64,000 bases of DNA from an uncultured Desulfobulbaceae bacterium (GCA_964427245.1 CAYRSX010000011.1:18227-82226), one strand, 5' to 3'; shown: positions 43,958-54,063, counted from the stretch's first letter. The notes: generated from the letters alone by a model not told the origin. A program made the numbers and translations.

Positions 43958-44584
43958 TTATCCCCATAATCTTACAGTGAGGCCGGCCACATACTCACCT
44001 TGAAAACGCGCTCCGGCCAATTCGTTTTCACTGGGCATACGCCTACCGTCCTCGCCTGCTATGGTGGAAGCCCCATAAGGTGAACAACCTGTCACCTCTT
44101 TTGAAGTCATCTGCCCAGCAAAGGTATAGGGAAGCCCCGCTATCACCATGCCTTGATGCAGCAGGGTGATGTGAAAGCTCAGAATCGTGGACTCCTGACC
44201 ACCATGTTGCGTGTTGGAGCTGGTTATTACACTCCCCACCTTGCCCACCAATGCACCCTTTTGCCAAAGTTTACCGGTGGAATCCAGAAACTGACGCATC
44301 TGGCCGCACATATTGCCGAAACGAGTAGGAGTTCCAAATATGACGGCATGAGCATCACTCAATTCATTCAGGCTGCAAATAGGTATCACTTCCTGTTCTC
44401 TTTGTGACTGAGATCCCCCCATCTTTTCGATGACCTCGACGGGCAAGGTTTCCGGCACTCTGCGAATAACAGCCTCTACACCGGTAACTCGTTGAACACC
44501 CTCTGCTGCCGCCTGTATCATACGATATACATGACCATACAGAGAATAATAGACCAGCAAGACTCGCACTGATGAAACACTCAT
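43958..44584 (-). CDS. wrbA: NAD(P)H:quinone oxidoreductase, flavodoxin-like
   Basis: YYSLYGHV, FGTPTRFGNM, TQHGGQE, SPYGA. Confidence 0.96.
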   Translation of the reverse strand: MSVSSVRVLLVYYSLYGHVYRMIQAAAEGVQRVTGVEAVIRRVPETLPVEVIEKMGGSQSQREQEVIPICSLNELSDAHAVIFGTPTRFGNMCGQMRQFLDSTGKLWQKGALVGKVGSVITSSNTQHGGQESTILSFHITLLHQGMVIAGLPYTFAGQMTSKEVTGCSPYGASTIAGEDGRRMPSENELAGARFQGEYVAGLTVRLWG

Positions 44585-44595
44585 AAGCTATCTCC

Positions 44596-45888
44596 TTACA
44601 ATCGCCAATATCTACAGTCTGGAAACTCCTGTCGTTGAAACAACCCCTTGACATCCACCACAACACCGCCGTTTTTACCCTTCGCCTTCAATATATCTCT
44701 TATAAAGCCGGAACCAGCCTGTTTGAAAACATTGTGGGCCACGGCGATGATCACTCCATCCTGATTTGTAGGTGGTGTTTCGGCCAACTCTATAGAATAC
44801 GCCCTTTTTGCCTCATTGCTGTCGGCTACAGGGTCAAAAACCACTGGATTCATGCCATATTCCCGCAATTCATTCAAAATATCCACTACCCTTGTATTTC
44901 TTGTATCAGGACAATCCTCTTTGAAAGACAGGCCCAGCACAGCCACTCTGGCGCTGTCCACACGCACTCCGGCTCGAATCAGTTCCTTAACCGTGCATTG
45001 AGCCACATAAGTGCCCATAAAATCGTTTATACGCCTGCCAGCCAAAATCACCTCAGGATGATAACCCACCCTTTGGGCACAATGTGTGAGATAATACGGA
45101 TCCACACCGATACAGTGCCCTCCCACCAATCCAGGTTTAAACGGCAGAAAATTCCATTTGGTCGAGGCCGCCCTTAAAACCTCCTGAGTGTCCAGACCAA
45201 GTCTGTGAAAGATAATGGCCAACTCATTCATGAAGGCGATGTTCAGGTCCCGCTGCGCATTCTCGATAACCTTGGCTGCTTCAGCGGTCTTGATTCCCAA
45301 GACCGGATAAACACCCGCCGGGACCACAAGAGAGTAAAGACTCTTCAGCCGCTCCAGAGTCTTCTCGTCCTGAGCCGCTACCACCTTTACAATGGTTTGT
45401 AATGTATGTTCTTTATCACCTGGATTGATGCGTTCGGGTGAATAGCCCAGATAAAAATCCACGCCGCAACGAAGTGATGAAACCTCTTCTATAACAGGGG
45501 CACAGATATCTTCCGTAACACCAGGATAGACTGTGGACTCGTACACCACCACAGTGCCCTTCTGAAGATGCTGGCCGATAATACGTGAAGCTGAAACCAG
45601 ATGTGATAGGTCGGGCTGCTTGCTGGCGTCGATGGGAGTGGGCACAGCCACGATAATCACAGTGGCCTTGCTCAATTGAGCCGCATCGGCGGTAAAGGTA
45701 AGGTGCACGGCACTGGCAAAATCCTGTTGCAATACCTGACCTGTGGTATCCTGACATGTCTTATAACAACGAATCTTTTCTTCCGACAGGTCAAAACCTA
45801 TAGCCTTGATCTTTTTGCCAAAAGATATGGCAAGAGGAAGGCCAACATATCCCAAACCAACTACGGCGACCGTCTCCTGCCCGTTCAT
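44596..45888 (-). CDS. Nucleotide-sugar dehydrogenase (WbpO/TviB-like)
   Basis: GLGYVGLP, ESTVYPG, YSPERINPG, KVIENAQRD, GGHCIGVDPYY, FKEDCPDTRN. Confidence 0.93.
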   Translation of the reverse strand: MNGQETVAVVGLGYVGLPLAISFGKKIKAIGFDLSEEKIRCYKTCQDTTGQVLQQDFASAVHLTFTADAAQLSKATVIIVAVPTPIDASKQPDLSHLVSASRIIGQHLQKGTVVVYESTVYPGVTEDICAPVIEEVSSLRCGVDFYLGYSPERINPGDKEHTLQTIVKVVAAQDEKTLERLKSLYSLVVPAGVYPVLGIKTAEAAKVIENAQRDLNIAFMNELAIIFHRLGLDTQEVLRAASTKWNFLPFKPGLVGGHCIGVDPYYLTHCAQRVGYHPEVILAGRRINDFMGTYVAQCTVKELIRAGVRVDSARVAVLGLSFKEDCPDTRNTRVVDILNELREYGMNPVVFDPVADSNEAKRAYSIELAETPPTNQDGVIIAVAHNVFKQAGSGFIRDILKAKGKNGGVVVDVKGLFQRQEFPDCRYWRL

Positions 45889-45897
45889 AACTATATC

Positions 45898-46161
45898 TCA
45901 ACCCTTACTGTGCCCGGGTAGTTCTATGGCGGAACAACTGCCCGAGCCACAAGAGTGATGTTGCACGTTAGGCATGCCGGAAGGACTGGTTACACGACCT
46001 GGAATGCCGTCCGATACAGCCATATTGGAAGCGCTCATGAGTTTGCGCACCTCAGGGCTCTGGCATCGAGTACATTTAATATGCGCAAGCTCATCCTTTT
46101 GCATCACCAAAACCTCGAAAACATGGTCACAACTGTTACAACGAAATTCATGTATAGGCAT
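45898..46161 (-). CDS. FmdB-family zinc-ribbon protein
   Basis: MPIHEFRCNSC...CTRCQS; AAGGAGG Shine-Dalgarno. Confidence 0.88.
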   Translation of the reverse strand: MPIHEFRCNSCDHVFEVLVMQKDELAHIKCTRCQSPEVRKLMSASNMAVSDGIPGRVTSPSGMPNVQHHSCGSGSCSAIELPGHSKG

Positions 46162-46189
46162 GATACCTCCTTTATTGCTCCTTACAACA

Positions 46190-46267
46190 CGCTGTCATTC
46201 CGAGCGAAGCGAGGAATCTTAAGATTTCTCAGTCACTGCGCTCCTTCGAAATGACAGGCAGGCGCTT
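46190..46267. repeat. Inverted copy of the head-to-head A-unit palindrome
   Basis: Reverse complement matches 42002-42080, including the flank aagcgcctgcc, with a few differences. Confidence 0.9.
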
Positions 46268-46276
46268 ATGCTTCCC

Positions 46277-47143
46277 TTATTGCTGTGTGACAGCGACCTT
46301 GGGAATCTCTATCTTCAGCCTGTTTTTTTTATAAAATACAAATACCAGCTTCTCCACACCAAAGGCGATGGATGCCAAAAGAATGACGGTTGCCCCTGTA
46401 GAGATATTATAAATATACGATAACCAGATACCGCATAGAGTAAAAACCATACTGAAAATACTTGAAAGTAACATCATGCTCCAGATGGAACGACAATATT
46501 TCTCAGCCATGTAGGGTGGAATGGAAAAAAGCGCGATAACCAGCAGAAGCCCCACTGCACGCATAGTAATCACCACTGCACAGGTCATAAGCCCTACCAG
46601 TAAAAAATGTAAAAAAGTAACCGGCACACCCTTCAGCAAGGCCATTTCCCTGTCATAGGAGAGCAACACAAGCTGATTACTAAACAAAAACAGGGCAACA
46701 AGGATAAAAATATTCATTCCAGTCATCAGCCACAGCTCCGAGGAAGGAACCGCAACCATGCTGCCGAAGAGATATGTCATGAGATCCACATTATAGCCAG
46801 GAGTCAGATCAAGCAATATAATACCCATGACCATGCCGCCTGACCAGATGGCGCCGATGATGGCGTCGGCCCTGTCCTGTTTTCGAAGAGTGAAAAAGGC
46901 CATCAAAAAGGCCATCAAAAGAGAAAAACACAGAATGACCGGAAAGGGTGACAATGCCAAAAAAAAGGCCAGCCCGACCCCTCCATAGGCTGCATGGGCT
47001 ATGCCGCCGGCGAACATCACCATTCGGTTCACAACAGCGAGACTGCCCATGGAACCACAGGCTATACTGCATAGAATGCCAGCCAGTGCTGCATTACGCA
47101 TAAAATCAGGCAGCTCTCTAAAAAACGCGGTTATATCAGACAC
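46277..47143 (-). CDS. znuB: Zn/Mn ABC transporter permease
   Basis: GIAHAAYGG, YLFGS, AVGLLLVIAL; follows znuA and znuC. Confidence 0.88.
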   Translation of the reverse strand: MSDITAFFRELPDFMRNAALAGILCSIACGSMGSLAVVNRMVMFAGGIAHAAYGGVGLAFFLALSPFPVILCFSLLMAFLMAFFTLRKQDRADAIIGAIWSGGMVMGIILLDLTPGYNVDLMTYLFGSMVAVPSSELWLMTGMNIFILVALFLFSNQLVLLSYDREMALLKGVPVTFLHFLLVGLMTCAVVITMRAVGLLLVIALFSIPPYMAEKYCRSIWSMMLLSSIFSMVFTLCGIWLSYIYNISTGATVILLASIAFGVEKLVFVFYKKNRLKIEIPKVAVTQQ

Positions 47144-47915
47144 GATTTAACCCATTGCCATTAAAATGCAGGTGTGTCAATAACTCCACAGGGCAGACCT
47201 CTTTTGCAGGACATTTCAAAGAAGATAGGACTCCGCTTTTTTCAGGAGAGGCATGGAGATACAGCGTGTGGTTTACACAGGCTATTCGCTTGATTCCTCT
47301 GGAAAAAAGATCTAAATCATGGCTTACCATGACAATAGTGGTGGTTTTGTTGATATCGACGAACAGCTCCGTAAATTGCATCTTACCTTTTACATCGATA
47401 TTGGCCGTGGGTTCATCCAGCAGCAAGACAGCAGGCCTGTTGACCATTGCCCTAGCCAGAAGCGCCCTTTGCACCTGCCCACCGGACAGCTCCTCCATTC
47501 TGGCGTTTTTGTAATTCACAAGACCGGTCCACTCTAAAACCTCTTCTGCAGCCTTACGATCATTTTTATCATAACCCTTTACCAAAAATCCGGATTTAAT
47601 GCGTCCGCTCAAGACCATATCAAAGACTGTAATGGGAAAGGATGTGTTGTATGAAGGCCGTTGCGGCATATAACCGATTTTCAAACGCGCCTTTCCCGGT
47701 GACATACCAAGCACGGTCACACTGCCCTCGGACGGAGGCAGAAAACCAAGAATGAGCTTGAGAAGCGTGGTCTTACCCCCTCCATTCGGCCCTACTATAG
47801 CCAGAAAATCCCCAGAAGGCACTGTAAGATTGATGTCTGTGAGAATGGAGGTCTGTCCATAAGAAAAACAGACATTCCGAAATTCTATGACCGGTACATC
47901 ACTTAGCGTTTTCAT
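47136..47915 (-). CDS. znuC: Zn/Mn ABC transporter ATPase
   Basis: GPNGGGKTT, LSGGQVQR, LLDEPT, C-terminal C/H residues. Confidence 0.88.
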   Translation of the reverse strand: MKTLSDVPVIEFRNVCFSYGQTSILTDINLTVPSGDFLAIVGPNGGGKTTLLKLILGFLPPSEGSVTVLGMSPGKARLKIGYMPQRPSYNTSFPITVFDMVLSGRIKSGFLVKGYDKNDRKAAEEVLEWTGLVNYKNARMEELSGGQVQRALLARAMVNRPAVLLLDEPTANIDVKGKMQFTELFVDINKTTTIVMVSHDLDLFSRGIKRIACVNHTLYLHASPEKSGVLSSLKCPAKEVCPVELLTHLHFNGNGLNRV

Positions 47916-48795
47916 TCAATGCATGAGCTGCCTCTCTAAGTGTCTTGAACCAATCGTAGGCCAAGGGGTCCAGAGTCACAAGCCTGGCTCCGATGGCCGT
48001 TGCGATAACCTCTGCTGATTTTTTGGAAAACTGCGGCTGCACAAAAATGACTCTCAAACCCTGTTTTTGAGCTATTCGAATAAACTTTTGAAGCTGTGCG
48101 GGCTTGGGCTCCTTGCCTTCCAGTTCCACAGGCAATTGAATCAGGCCGTATGTCTTTGCAAAATACCCCCACGCAGGGTGAAAAACCATGAATTTTCTTT
48201 GACTCTGAGTTGAAGAAACGCTGAAAATCCTGCGCAACTCTGTATCCAGCTCTTTGATCTCAAGAGACAGCTGATCATAATTGGCCTGGTAGTAAAAGGC
48301 GTTTTGCGGGTCCTTTCTCATCATGGCATTTAACATATTTTGGGCCATCAAAATCGCATAGGGCGGTGAAAGCCAGACATGCGGATCTTTAAGGCCTGCC
48401 TCATGATGGTGGTGCCCATGGCCATGAAACTCATCACCCTCTTCGTGAGTATGGGCGACCATATCCATGAGCTCCATGCCTTCTGTGACATTCACCACCT
48501 CCAAACCTGAATACATCGAACGGAACTTCTGCACCCACACACTCTCAAAGGGCACTCGAACAGCGAAATAGAGCTGACATTCACTGAGTCTTCTGAGCTG
48601 ATCTGGTTTTGGATCATAAACAGCCGGATTGGCACCAGGCGGAATCATCACCTCAACAACGACCTTGTCTCCGCCGATACGTTCTACGAAATACTTCTCC
48701 GGCAGAATACTCACGGCTATTTTCAAAGGAGACGCCCAGCACGAATCAGGCAAGAATCCTATCAACAAAACAAATAAAAAAACAAATGGATACAT
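47899..48795 (-). CDS. znuA: Zn ABC transporter substrate-binding protein
   Basis: His-rich loop HTHEEGDEFHGHGHHHHE, DPHVWLSP, FHPAWGYF; GGAGG before ATG 48795. Confidence 0.9.
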   Translation of the reverse strand: MYPFVFLFVLLIGFLPDSCWASPLKIAVSILPEKYFVERIGGDKVVVEVMIPPGANPAVYDPKPDQLRRLSECQLYFAVRVPFESVWVQKFRSMYSGLEVVNVTEGMELMDMVAHTHEEGDEFHGHGHHHHEAGLKDPHVWLSPPYAILMAQNMLNAMMRKDPQNAFYYQANYDQLSLEIKELDTELRRIFSVSSTQSQRKFMVFHPAWGYFAKTYGLIQLPVELEGKEPKPAQLQKFIRIAQKQGLRVIFVQPQFSKKSAEVIATAIGARLVTLDPLAYDWFKTLREAAHALNENAK

Positions 48796-48900
48796 AACAT
48801 CCTCCATCGTCACCTCTGACAATCAATGCCAATCACACAAAAAGGGCTGCACCGGCATTATAAGCCATGATACAGCCCTTTGAAAGCCCAATTTCATACA

Positions 48901-48926
48901 GCGAAACGCATAGTACAACGCTTCGC
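48901..48926. promoter_or_regulatory. Dyad between porin and znuA (operator or terminator-like)
   Basis: gcgaaacg-catagtacaa-cgcttcgc; loosely resembles a Zur-type box. Confidence 0.3.
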
Positions 48927-48940
48927 TTTGCGTCAATTGT

Positions 48941-50560
48941 TTAGAAGAACCAGAGCAGCTCCGCAGCCAATCTCAAAGACGGGTCATTGGAGGATTTACC
49001 CTGATCGAAGGTTACACCGCGAGCTATTGCATTCAATGCCTTTGTGATGTCCTCTGCTCCAGAACCGGGGAAAATCACAGCGGCTCCACCCTTGAGAGTG
49101 ACTTCCTTAAAAATCTGATAGCGAAGCTCGTTGTTCCACTCCACACCCATGAAATTGTCGATCTTGACATTTGCCAGCTTCTGCAGCGCAAAATAGTTTT
49201 CCACTGCCTCAGGCTGGTCAAACCACATACCCATTACATTGGTAATATATGTCCACTTCTCGTAACCTACCTTCAGACCACCACCAAACATGACAAAGCC
49301 GGGGTTATCCAGGGCTGCTCCGCCATTGATGCCGGCACCCCTTACGCTGCCATAATACATGGGGAATATACTGTAAAGAATCTGACCAAATATGGGATTG
49401 CCATCATTAGAAATACCCTGTTCAGTGCCGAAACGGGGGCTAAAACGATCTATGCTGACCGCTGAAGCAAACCCCTTGAGATCATTATCATTGGGATTGT
49501 CATCACCCTGTAGATAATATCCACCTACATGCGCCTCAAATTCCTTGAGGCCGACCATCTCTTTGAGATCAACAGCCACATCGGCAAAAATGGCCCAGGC
49601 GTCTATGTCTTTGTTAGGCTTTCCAGCCTCACGATAATCGCCAAAAGAATAGACAGCCTCAAACATAGGTTTGAAAATACCGTAAGTCGCCTTACCTTGA
49701 AGACCTACGAAGTGATGGTCGATCTCCTTGGTGTTCAAATGGTTAGCATCCAGAAAATAAAAACCCTCCACATGGACATCCTTCATGACATCATAACCAA
49801 GCAAGCCATAGTAGAAGGTGCGGTCGGAATCCCGGACATCCGTTGGATAACCGATGGGATTAACTGTATTTCCGCCATAGGCATCCTTGTAGAAGCCAGC
49901 CTCTTTTTCGTCCTTCTTCAGGTATCTAACATCCCAATTGAAACCTGCATTTTTACCAACAATTCCGATACCTGGATCGTCATCGCCATAAACCAAACCG
50001 CCATAGCCAATATCCACTCCCAGGGCGTCCCAACCAGCCTGCACACGGGAATTAATGGCCTCTACATTAAAAGTTGCCATAAGCCGTTCAATACCAAACT
50101 GCTGTGTGTCACGACCAAAGGCAAAGTCGGTACGATCAGCGCTCTTGCGATCCAGCACCGTGTCCGACTCCAGGGCCATATACACATCCCAGTCCTTACC
50201 CTTTAAAAAGTTAAAGAATAGACGGTTTTCACCACGGATATAACCGTCTTTTACAGCGCCACCTGCCTCTGTGAGGTGCACACGTGTACTCTCAGCACCG
50301 ACGCCCAGAGGCCCCATGGCAGCCGCTGCCTTGGCTTCCTGGGCCGCAGTCAGATCCTGACCAAGACCGAAATCCCTGTCCGTTTCAAGAGTAGGCACGA
50401 TTCTCACCTGAGCACCCATCTTGATCTTGATATCACCCACTGTAGTGACCTCTACAGAACCCGGGCCTGCAATTGCGCTGCTGGCCATACTCACGGCCAC
50501 CAGCCCCCCAAAAACACCACTTAGTACATGTTTTGCCTTGAACTGCCTGTTTTTTTTCAT
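48941..50560 (-). CDS. Outer membrane porin-like beta-barrel
   Basis: Signal peptide (SSAIA), amphipathic beta-strands, C-terminal LLWFF; AGGAGG before ATG 50560. Confidence 0.8.
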   Translation of the reverse strand: MKKNRQFKAKHVLSGVFGGLVAVSMASSAIAGPGSVEVTTVGDIKIKMGAQVRIVPTLETDRDFGLGQDLTAAQEAKAAAAMGPLGVGAESTRVHLTEAGGAVKDGYIRGENRLFFNFLKGKDWDVYMALESDTVLDRKSADRTDFAFGRDTQQFGIERLMATFNVEAINSRVQAGWDALGVDIGYGGLVYGDDDPGIGIVGKNAGFNWDVRYLKKDEKEAGFYKDAYGGNTVNPIGYPTDVRDSDRTFYYGLLGYDVMKDVHVEGFYFLDANHLNTKEIDHHFVGLQGKATYGIFKPMFEAVYSFGDYREAGKPNKDIDAWAIFADVAVDLKEMVGLKEFEAHVGGYYLQGDDNPNDNDLKGFASAVSIDRFSPRFGTEQGISNDGNPIFGQILYSIFPMYYGSVRGAGINGGAALDNPGFVMFGGGLKVGYEKWTYITNVMGMWFDQPEAVENYFALQKLANVKIDNFMGVEWNNELRYQIFKEVTLKGGAAVIFPGSGAEDITKALNAIARGVTFDQGKSSNDPSLRLAAELLWFF

Positions 50561-50651
50561 TTTCCCTCCTGTTTTTTTGTTAATTGCGCCGCTTCCCCTT
50601 CCAATTGCAAGCAACGTAATTTATCTCATAAAATAAATCAATCGACTGATT

Positions 50652-51779
50652 CTATGACATCTGCCTCACAAGAGCACGATTTGCAACAGCCACTCGTTTG
50701 ACATAGGTATCTCTCACCGCCTGCATATCCTCGATAAACTGCTCCATCTGAGAAAAATTCAGGGCCTGCTGAGAATCACAAAGGGCTGCTTCGGGCTCAG
50801 GGTGACACTCCACAAGAATCATGTTGGCACCAGTCACAACCCCTTGAGCCGCTGCATGGAAGATATCAAGAATACCGTCAGGGGCCATGTCTCGTCTGCC
50901 CACTGAATGGCTTGGATCAATACAAACCGACAGCCTTGTAAGCCTCTTCACCACCGGCACATGAATGAAATCCACCAGATTTCTATGAGGCGCTCCCAAT
51001 TGAGTCTTGGCGCCCCTGAGGCAAAAGATAATCTTGTTATTACCCTCGCTGGCGATATACTCGCAGGCGTTCAAGGACTCTTCCAAAGTGAGCCCCATGC
51101 CTCTTTTGTAGAGAACAGGAAATTCCTTCTGAGCGCCGACAGCCTTCAGCAATTCAAAATTCTGCGCATTACGCGTGCCTATCTGCAAAATTACACCCGT
51201 AGGCCGACCGGCCGCCTCCAGGGTATTGAAGAGTTCTTCTATATGCTGCTCCTTGAGAACCTCCATGGCTATGGCCTTTATGCCATATTTGCCAGCAAGC
51301 TCAAAGACCCAAGGCAAACATGCCGCGCCATGGCCTTGAAAATCATAAGGACTTGTGCGGGGTTTATAGGCACCCATTCGGGCTGTAGTGATACCGGCTC
51401 CCTGCAAAAACCTAAAAAGCATCTCTGTATATTCAGGCGTATCCACTGCACAGGGCCCTGCAACTATGTGAAAGGAATCCTGATCGAAATGCAGCCCCTG
51501 ATATATAAAACCTATGGGAGAGATCCCTGCCTCATGACGGCCTATTTGACGATATTTGGTGGAAACGCGAATCACACGCTCCACACCGCGCATCTGCTCC
51601 AGGGCATCGATAGGGATATTGTGCGTCTGACCTATGAGATGCACCTCGATAACCGTTCTCGTATCGCCCTGAAACTCCACAGGATTAAGTCTGATACCTG
51701 GGAATTTTTCCAAATAAGCGTTGATATTGGCCAGCTCCGGCCCTTCTATACCGCATGTCGGCTTTAAAAATATAATCAT
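50652..51779 (-). CDS. aroF: Second, divergent DAHP synthase type I-beta
   Basis: AGPCAVD, YKPRTSPY, QIGTRNAQN, LYKRG, IFCLRG, DPSH. Confidence 0.88.
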   Translation of the reverse strand: MIIFLKPTCGIEGPELANINAYLEKFPGIRLNPVEFQGDTRTVIEVHLIGQTHNIPIDALEQMRGVERVIRVSTKYRQIGRHEAGISPIGFIYQGLHFDQDSFHIVAGPCAVDTPEYTEMLFRFLQGAGITTARMGAYKPRTSPYDFQGHGAACLPWVFELAGKYGIKAIAMEVLKEQHIEELFNTLEAAGRPTGVILQIGTRNAQNFELLKAVGAQKEFPVLYKRGMGLTLEESLNACEYIASEGNNKIIFCLRGAKTQLGAPHRNLVDFIHVPVVKRLTRLSVCIDPSHSVGRRDMAPDGILDIFHAAAQGVVTGANMILVECHPEPEAALCDSQQALNFSQMEQFIEDMQAVRDTYVKRVAVANRALVRQMS

Positions 51780-51888
51780 GCGTCTCTGACTCCATTTTTT
51801 ACAAATTTATTCTTTATTTGTTAACATTTCATGCCAACAACGTCAACCCATATCATGATAAAAATAACCGAAAAGCCATCAAATTGCC

Positions 51889-51917
51889 TTGGCAGAGAGC
51901 ATAAATCCTGCTATAAT
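51889..51917 (+). promoter_or_regulatory. Candidate sigma70 promoter of greA with extended -10
   Basis: TTGGCA-17 nt-TATAAT, with TG one base before the -10. Confidence 0.6.
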
Positions 51918-51972
51918 ATTAAAGCTCTCAAGTATATCTTGAGGGCATTTTTATTTGAGGAGCATATCACAA

Positions 51973-52443
51973 ATGACCAGAACACCCATTACCAAAGAAG
52001 GCTACGACCGACTCAAAACAGAACTGGAACAACTGGAAAAAATAGAACGTCCGGCTGTCATTCAGGCAATCGCCGAGGCCAGAGGTCATGGAGACCTGTC
52101 AGAAAATGCGGAATACCACGCAGCCAAGGAACGACAGGGACACATAGAAAGCCGTATTCAGCATCTGAACAAGATTATAGCAAACTCAGAGGTAATAGAT
52201 TGCACCAATCTCACCTGCGACAAAGTCGTCTTCGGCGTTCGCGTGAAACTCCTTAATCTCGACACAGATGAAGAGGTCATATATCAACTCGTAGGCCCGG
52301 AAGAGTCCGACATACAGGAAGGCCGTATTTCCACCTCCTCACCCTTGGGCAGGGCATTGATCGGCAAAACAAAGGGCGACGAGATCGAATTCAGAAGCCC
52401 CTCAGGTATCAAAAACTATGAATTGATGGATATATTCATCTGA
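51973..52443 (+). CDS. greA: Transcription elongation factor GreA
   Basis: PITKEGY, ARGHGDLSENAEYHAAKE, ISTSSPLGRAL; ATG 51973. Confidence 0.97.
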   Translation: MTRTPITKEGYDRLKTELEQLEKIERPAVIQAIAEARGHGDLSENAEYHAAKERQGHIESRIQHLNKIIANSEVIDCTNLTCDKVVFGVRVKLLNLDTDEEVIYQLVGPEESDIQEGRISTSSPLGRALIGKTKGDEIEFRSPSGIKNYELMDIFI

Positions 52444-52906
52444 TGTCATCGCCACCCCAACCTATCGGCACACACAATACAGGGCATGGCAACAGACGAA
52501 TCACCTTTTCAACCGTACTACCAAAAAATATCTCATCGATCATACCGCGCCCCATGCTGCCATATCCTCCCATTATAAGCATATCAGCCTGCAACTCACG
52601 GGCCTTGATCGCGATCTCCTGAAATGGTCTTCCATAGGATATAATCGTATCCTTTATAACTTCCTGCTTTTTATATGGAATGAGAAATTTCCTTGCTGTT
52701 TGCTTTGCCTGATTTACAAGTCGTTCCTTCACCTTTTCAACAGGTTCCTTGATATAATTGGCAATCATATCTGTTTCTCTAGAATCAATCACATGTATAA
52801 GGATAATTTCTGCACTCCATGTAGAAGCCATTCTTATGGCATAAGACAATGCTGTAGCGGCACAATCAGAAAAATCAATGGGTACAAGAATCATTGAAAT
52901 AGCCAT
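52436..52906 (-). CDS. Universal stress protein
   Basis: ILVPIDFS, ADMLIMGGYG, FGSTVEKVIRLLPCPVL; GGAGG before ATG 52906. Confidence 0.92.
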   Translation of the reverse strand: MAISMILVPIDFSDCAATALSYAIRMASTWSAEIILIHVIDSRETDMIANYIKEPVEKVKERLVNQAKQTARKFLIPYKKQEVIKDTIISYGRPFQEIAIKARELQADMLIMGGYGSMGRGMIDEIFFGSTVEKVIRLLPCPVLCVPIGWGGDDIR

Positions 52907-52959
52907 TCGTTCATCCTCCATAAGACTGATTATTATCCATTGAACCTGTTCGTGAAAGC

Positions 52960-54020
52960 CGAATTCAACTTGTAAGTGCAACTTGATGAGTTAGGCATAA
53001 TGGGAAGTTGTGGTAGTTTTAATGCCCGTTAGACCTGACCGTCAAAGAAGCATTTATGAGACAATACACACAACTTACCCAAGAACAACGTTATCACATT
53101 TACGCTTTGAAGAGAACAAGGAATTTTACACAATCACAGATAGCCGAGATGATAAGCGTTCATAAATTAACAATCAGCCGTGAGCTAAAGCGTAATCGAG
53201 GCGGTCGCGGATATCGTCCAAAGCAGGCACACGAATTTGCTTTAGCCAGGCGACGTGCACATGCAGTAACACACATAAGCCAGGATATATGGGAGCTTGT
53301 AAAAAAAATCCTTTGGTTAGATTTAAGCCCAGAGCAAATTTCTGGTCGTCTGAAAATAGAACGAGGCATATCTATAAGCCATGAGAGTATATATCAGTAT
53401 ATCTATGCCGATAAACAAAACAGTGGCGACCTATACAAACACCTGCGTTGTCAAAAAAAACGCTACGGGAAATACTCGTTACGTGGGCAGATTCCAGACA
53501 GGATCGGCATTGAGTTGCGCCCAGCTATAGTGAATGCCAGGTGTCGGATAGGCGACTGGGAGGTTGATACCATCATCGGCAAGGGTCATTGTCAGGCCAT
53601 AGTTTCACTCACGGAGCGCAGGTCTATGTTTACCCTTTTAGGAAAAGTGCCCCAAAAATCTACTGAACTGGTGACAGACACTATTATCAGACTGCTCATC
53701 CCCTTTAAAAAAATGGTCCATACTATAACATCGGACAATGGCAGGGAGTTTACAGACCATAAAACTATCGCAAAGAAATTAAAAGCGGCCTTTTACTTTG
53801 CACACCCATACCACGCATGGGAGCGGGGCTTGAACGAAAACATAAATGGCCTGGTCAGGCAGTACTTCCCTAAAGATCATGACTTTAAAACCATAACCGA
53901 AGAACAGATAAATTTAATTATCGACCGGCTTAACAACCGACCAAGAAAAGGGCTTGGATTTTTGACACCAAAAGAAGTATTTTATAACATCAAACCTGTT
54001 GCACTTATAACTTGAATCCG
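52960..54020 (+). mobile_element. IS30-family insertion sequence
   Basis: IRL cgaattcaacttgtaagtgcaac (52960-52982) vs reverse complement of IRR (53998-54020) cggattcaagttataagtgcaac, 20/23 match; no clear target duplication. Confidence 0.9.
53056..54015 (+). CDS. IS30-family DDE transposase
   Basis: YTQLTQEQRY HTH, LSPEQISG, GDWEVDT, TSDNGREF, WERGLNEN..GLVRQYFPK. Confidence 0.96.
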   Translation: MRQYTQLTQEQRYHIYALKRTRNFTQSQIAEMISVHKLTISRELKRNRGGRGYRPKQAHEFALARRRAHAVTHISQDIWELVKKILWLDLSPEQISGRLKIERGISISHESIYQYIYADKQNSGDLYKHLRCQKKRYGKYSLRGQIPDRIGIELRPAIVNARCRIGDWEVDTIIGKGHCQAIVSLTERRSMFTLLGKVPQKSTELVTDTIIRLLIPFKKMVHTITSDNGREFTDHKTIAKKLKAAFYFAHPYHAWERGLNENINGLVRQYFPKDHDFKTITEEQINLIIDRLNNRPRKGLGFLTPKEVFYNIKPVALIT

Positions 54021-54063
54021 CGACATAATAAACTGCAACTAAAAATGGGAAACTCGCCGTATG

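Noticed and set aside
24265-51767. Long antisense ORFs (24265, 26738, 27862, 34807, 36915, 39715, 49529, 50907)
   Set aside because: Each shadows a well-supported gene on the opposite strand, as expected from codon bias.
51831-52256. 141-aa + strand ORF overlapping greA
   Set aside because: Alternative frame over the promoter and a confidently identified gene.
52921-52970. IS30 outward hybrid promoter driving usp
   Set aside because: TTGAAT in the left IR is 25 nt from the nearest -10-like GATAAT, which is incompatible spacing.
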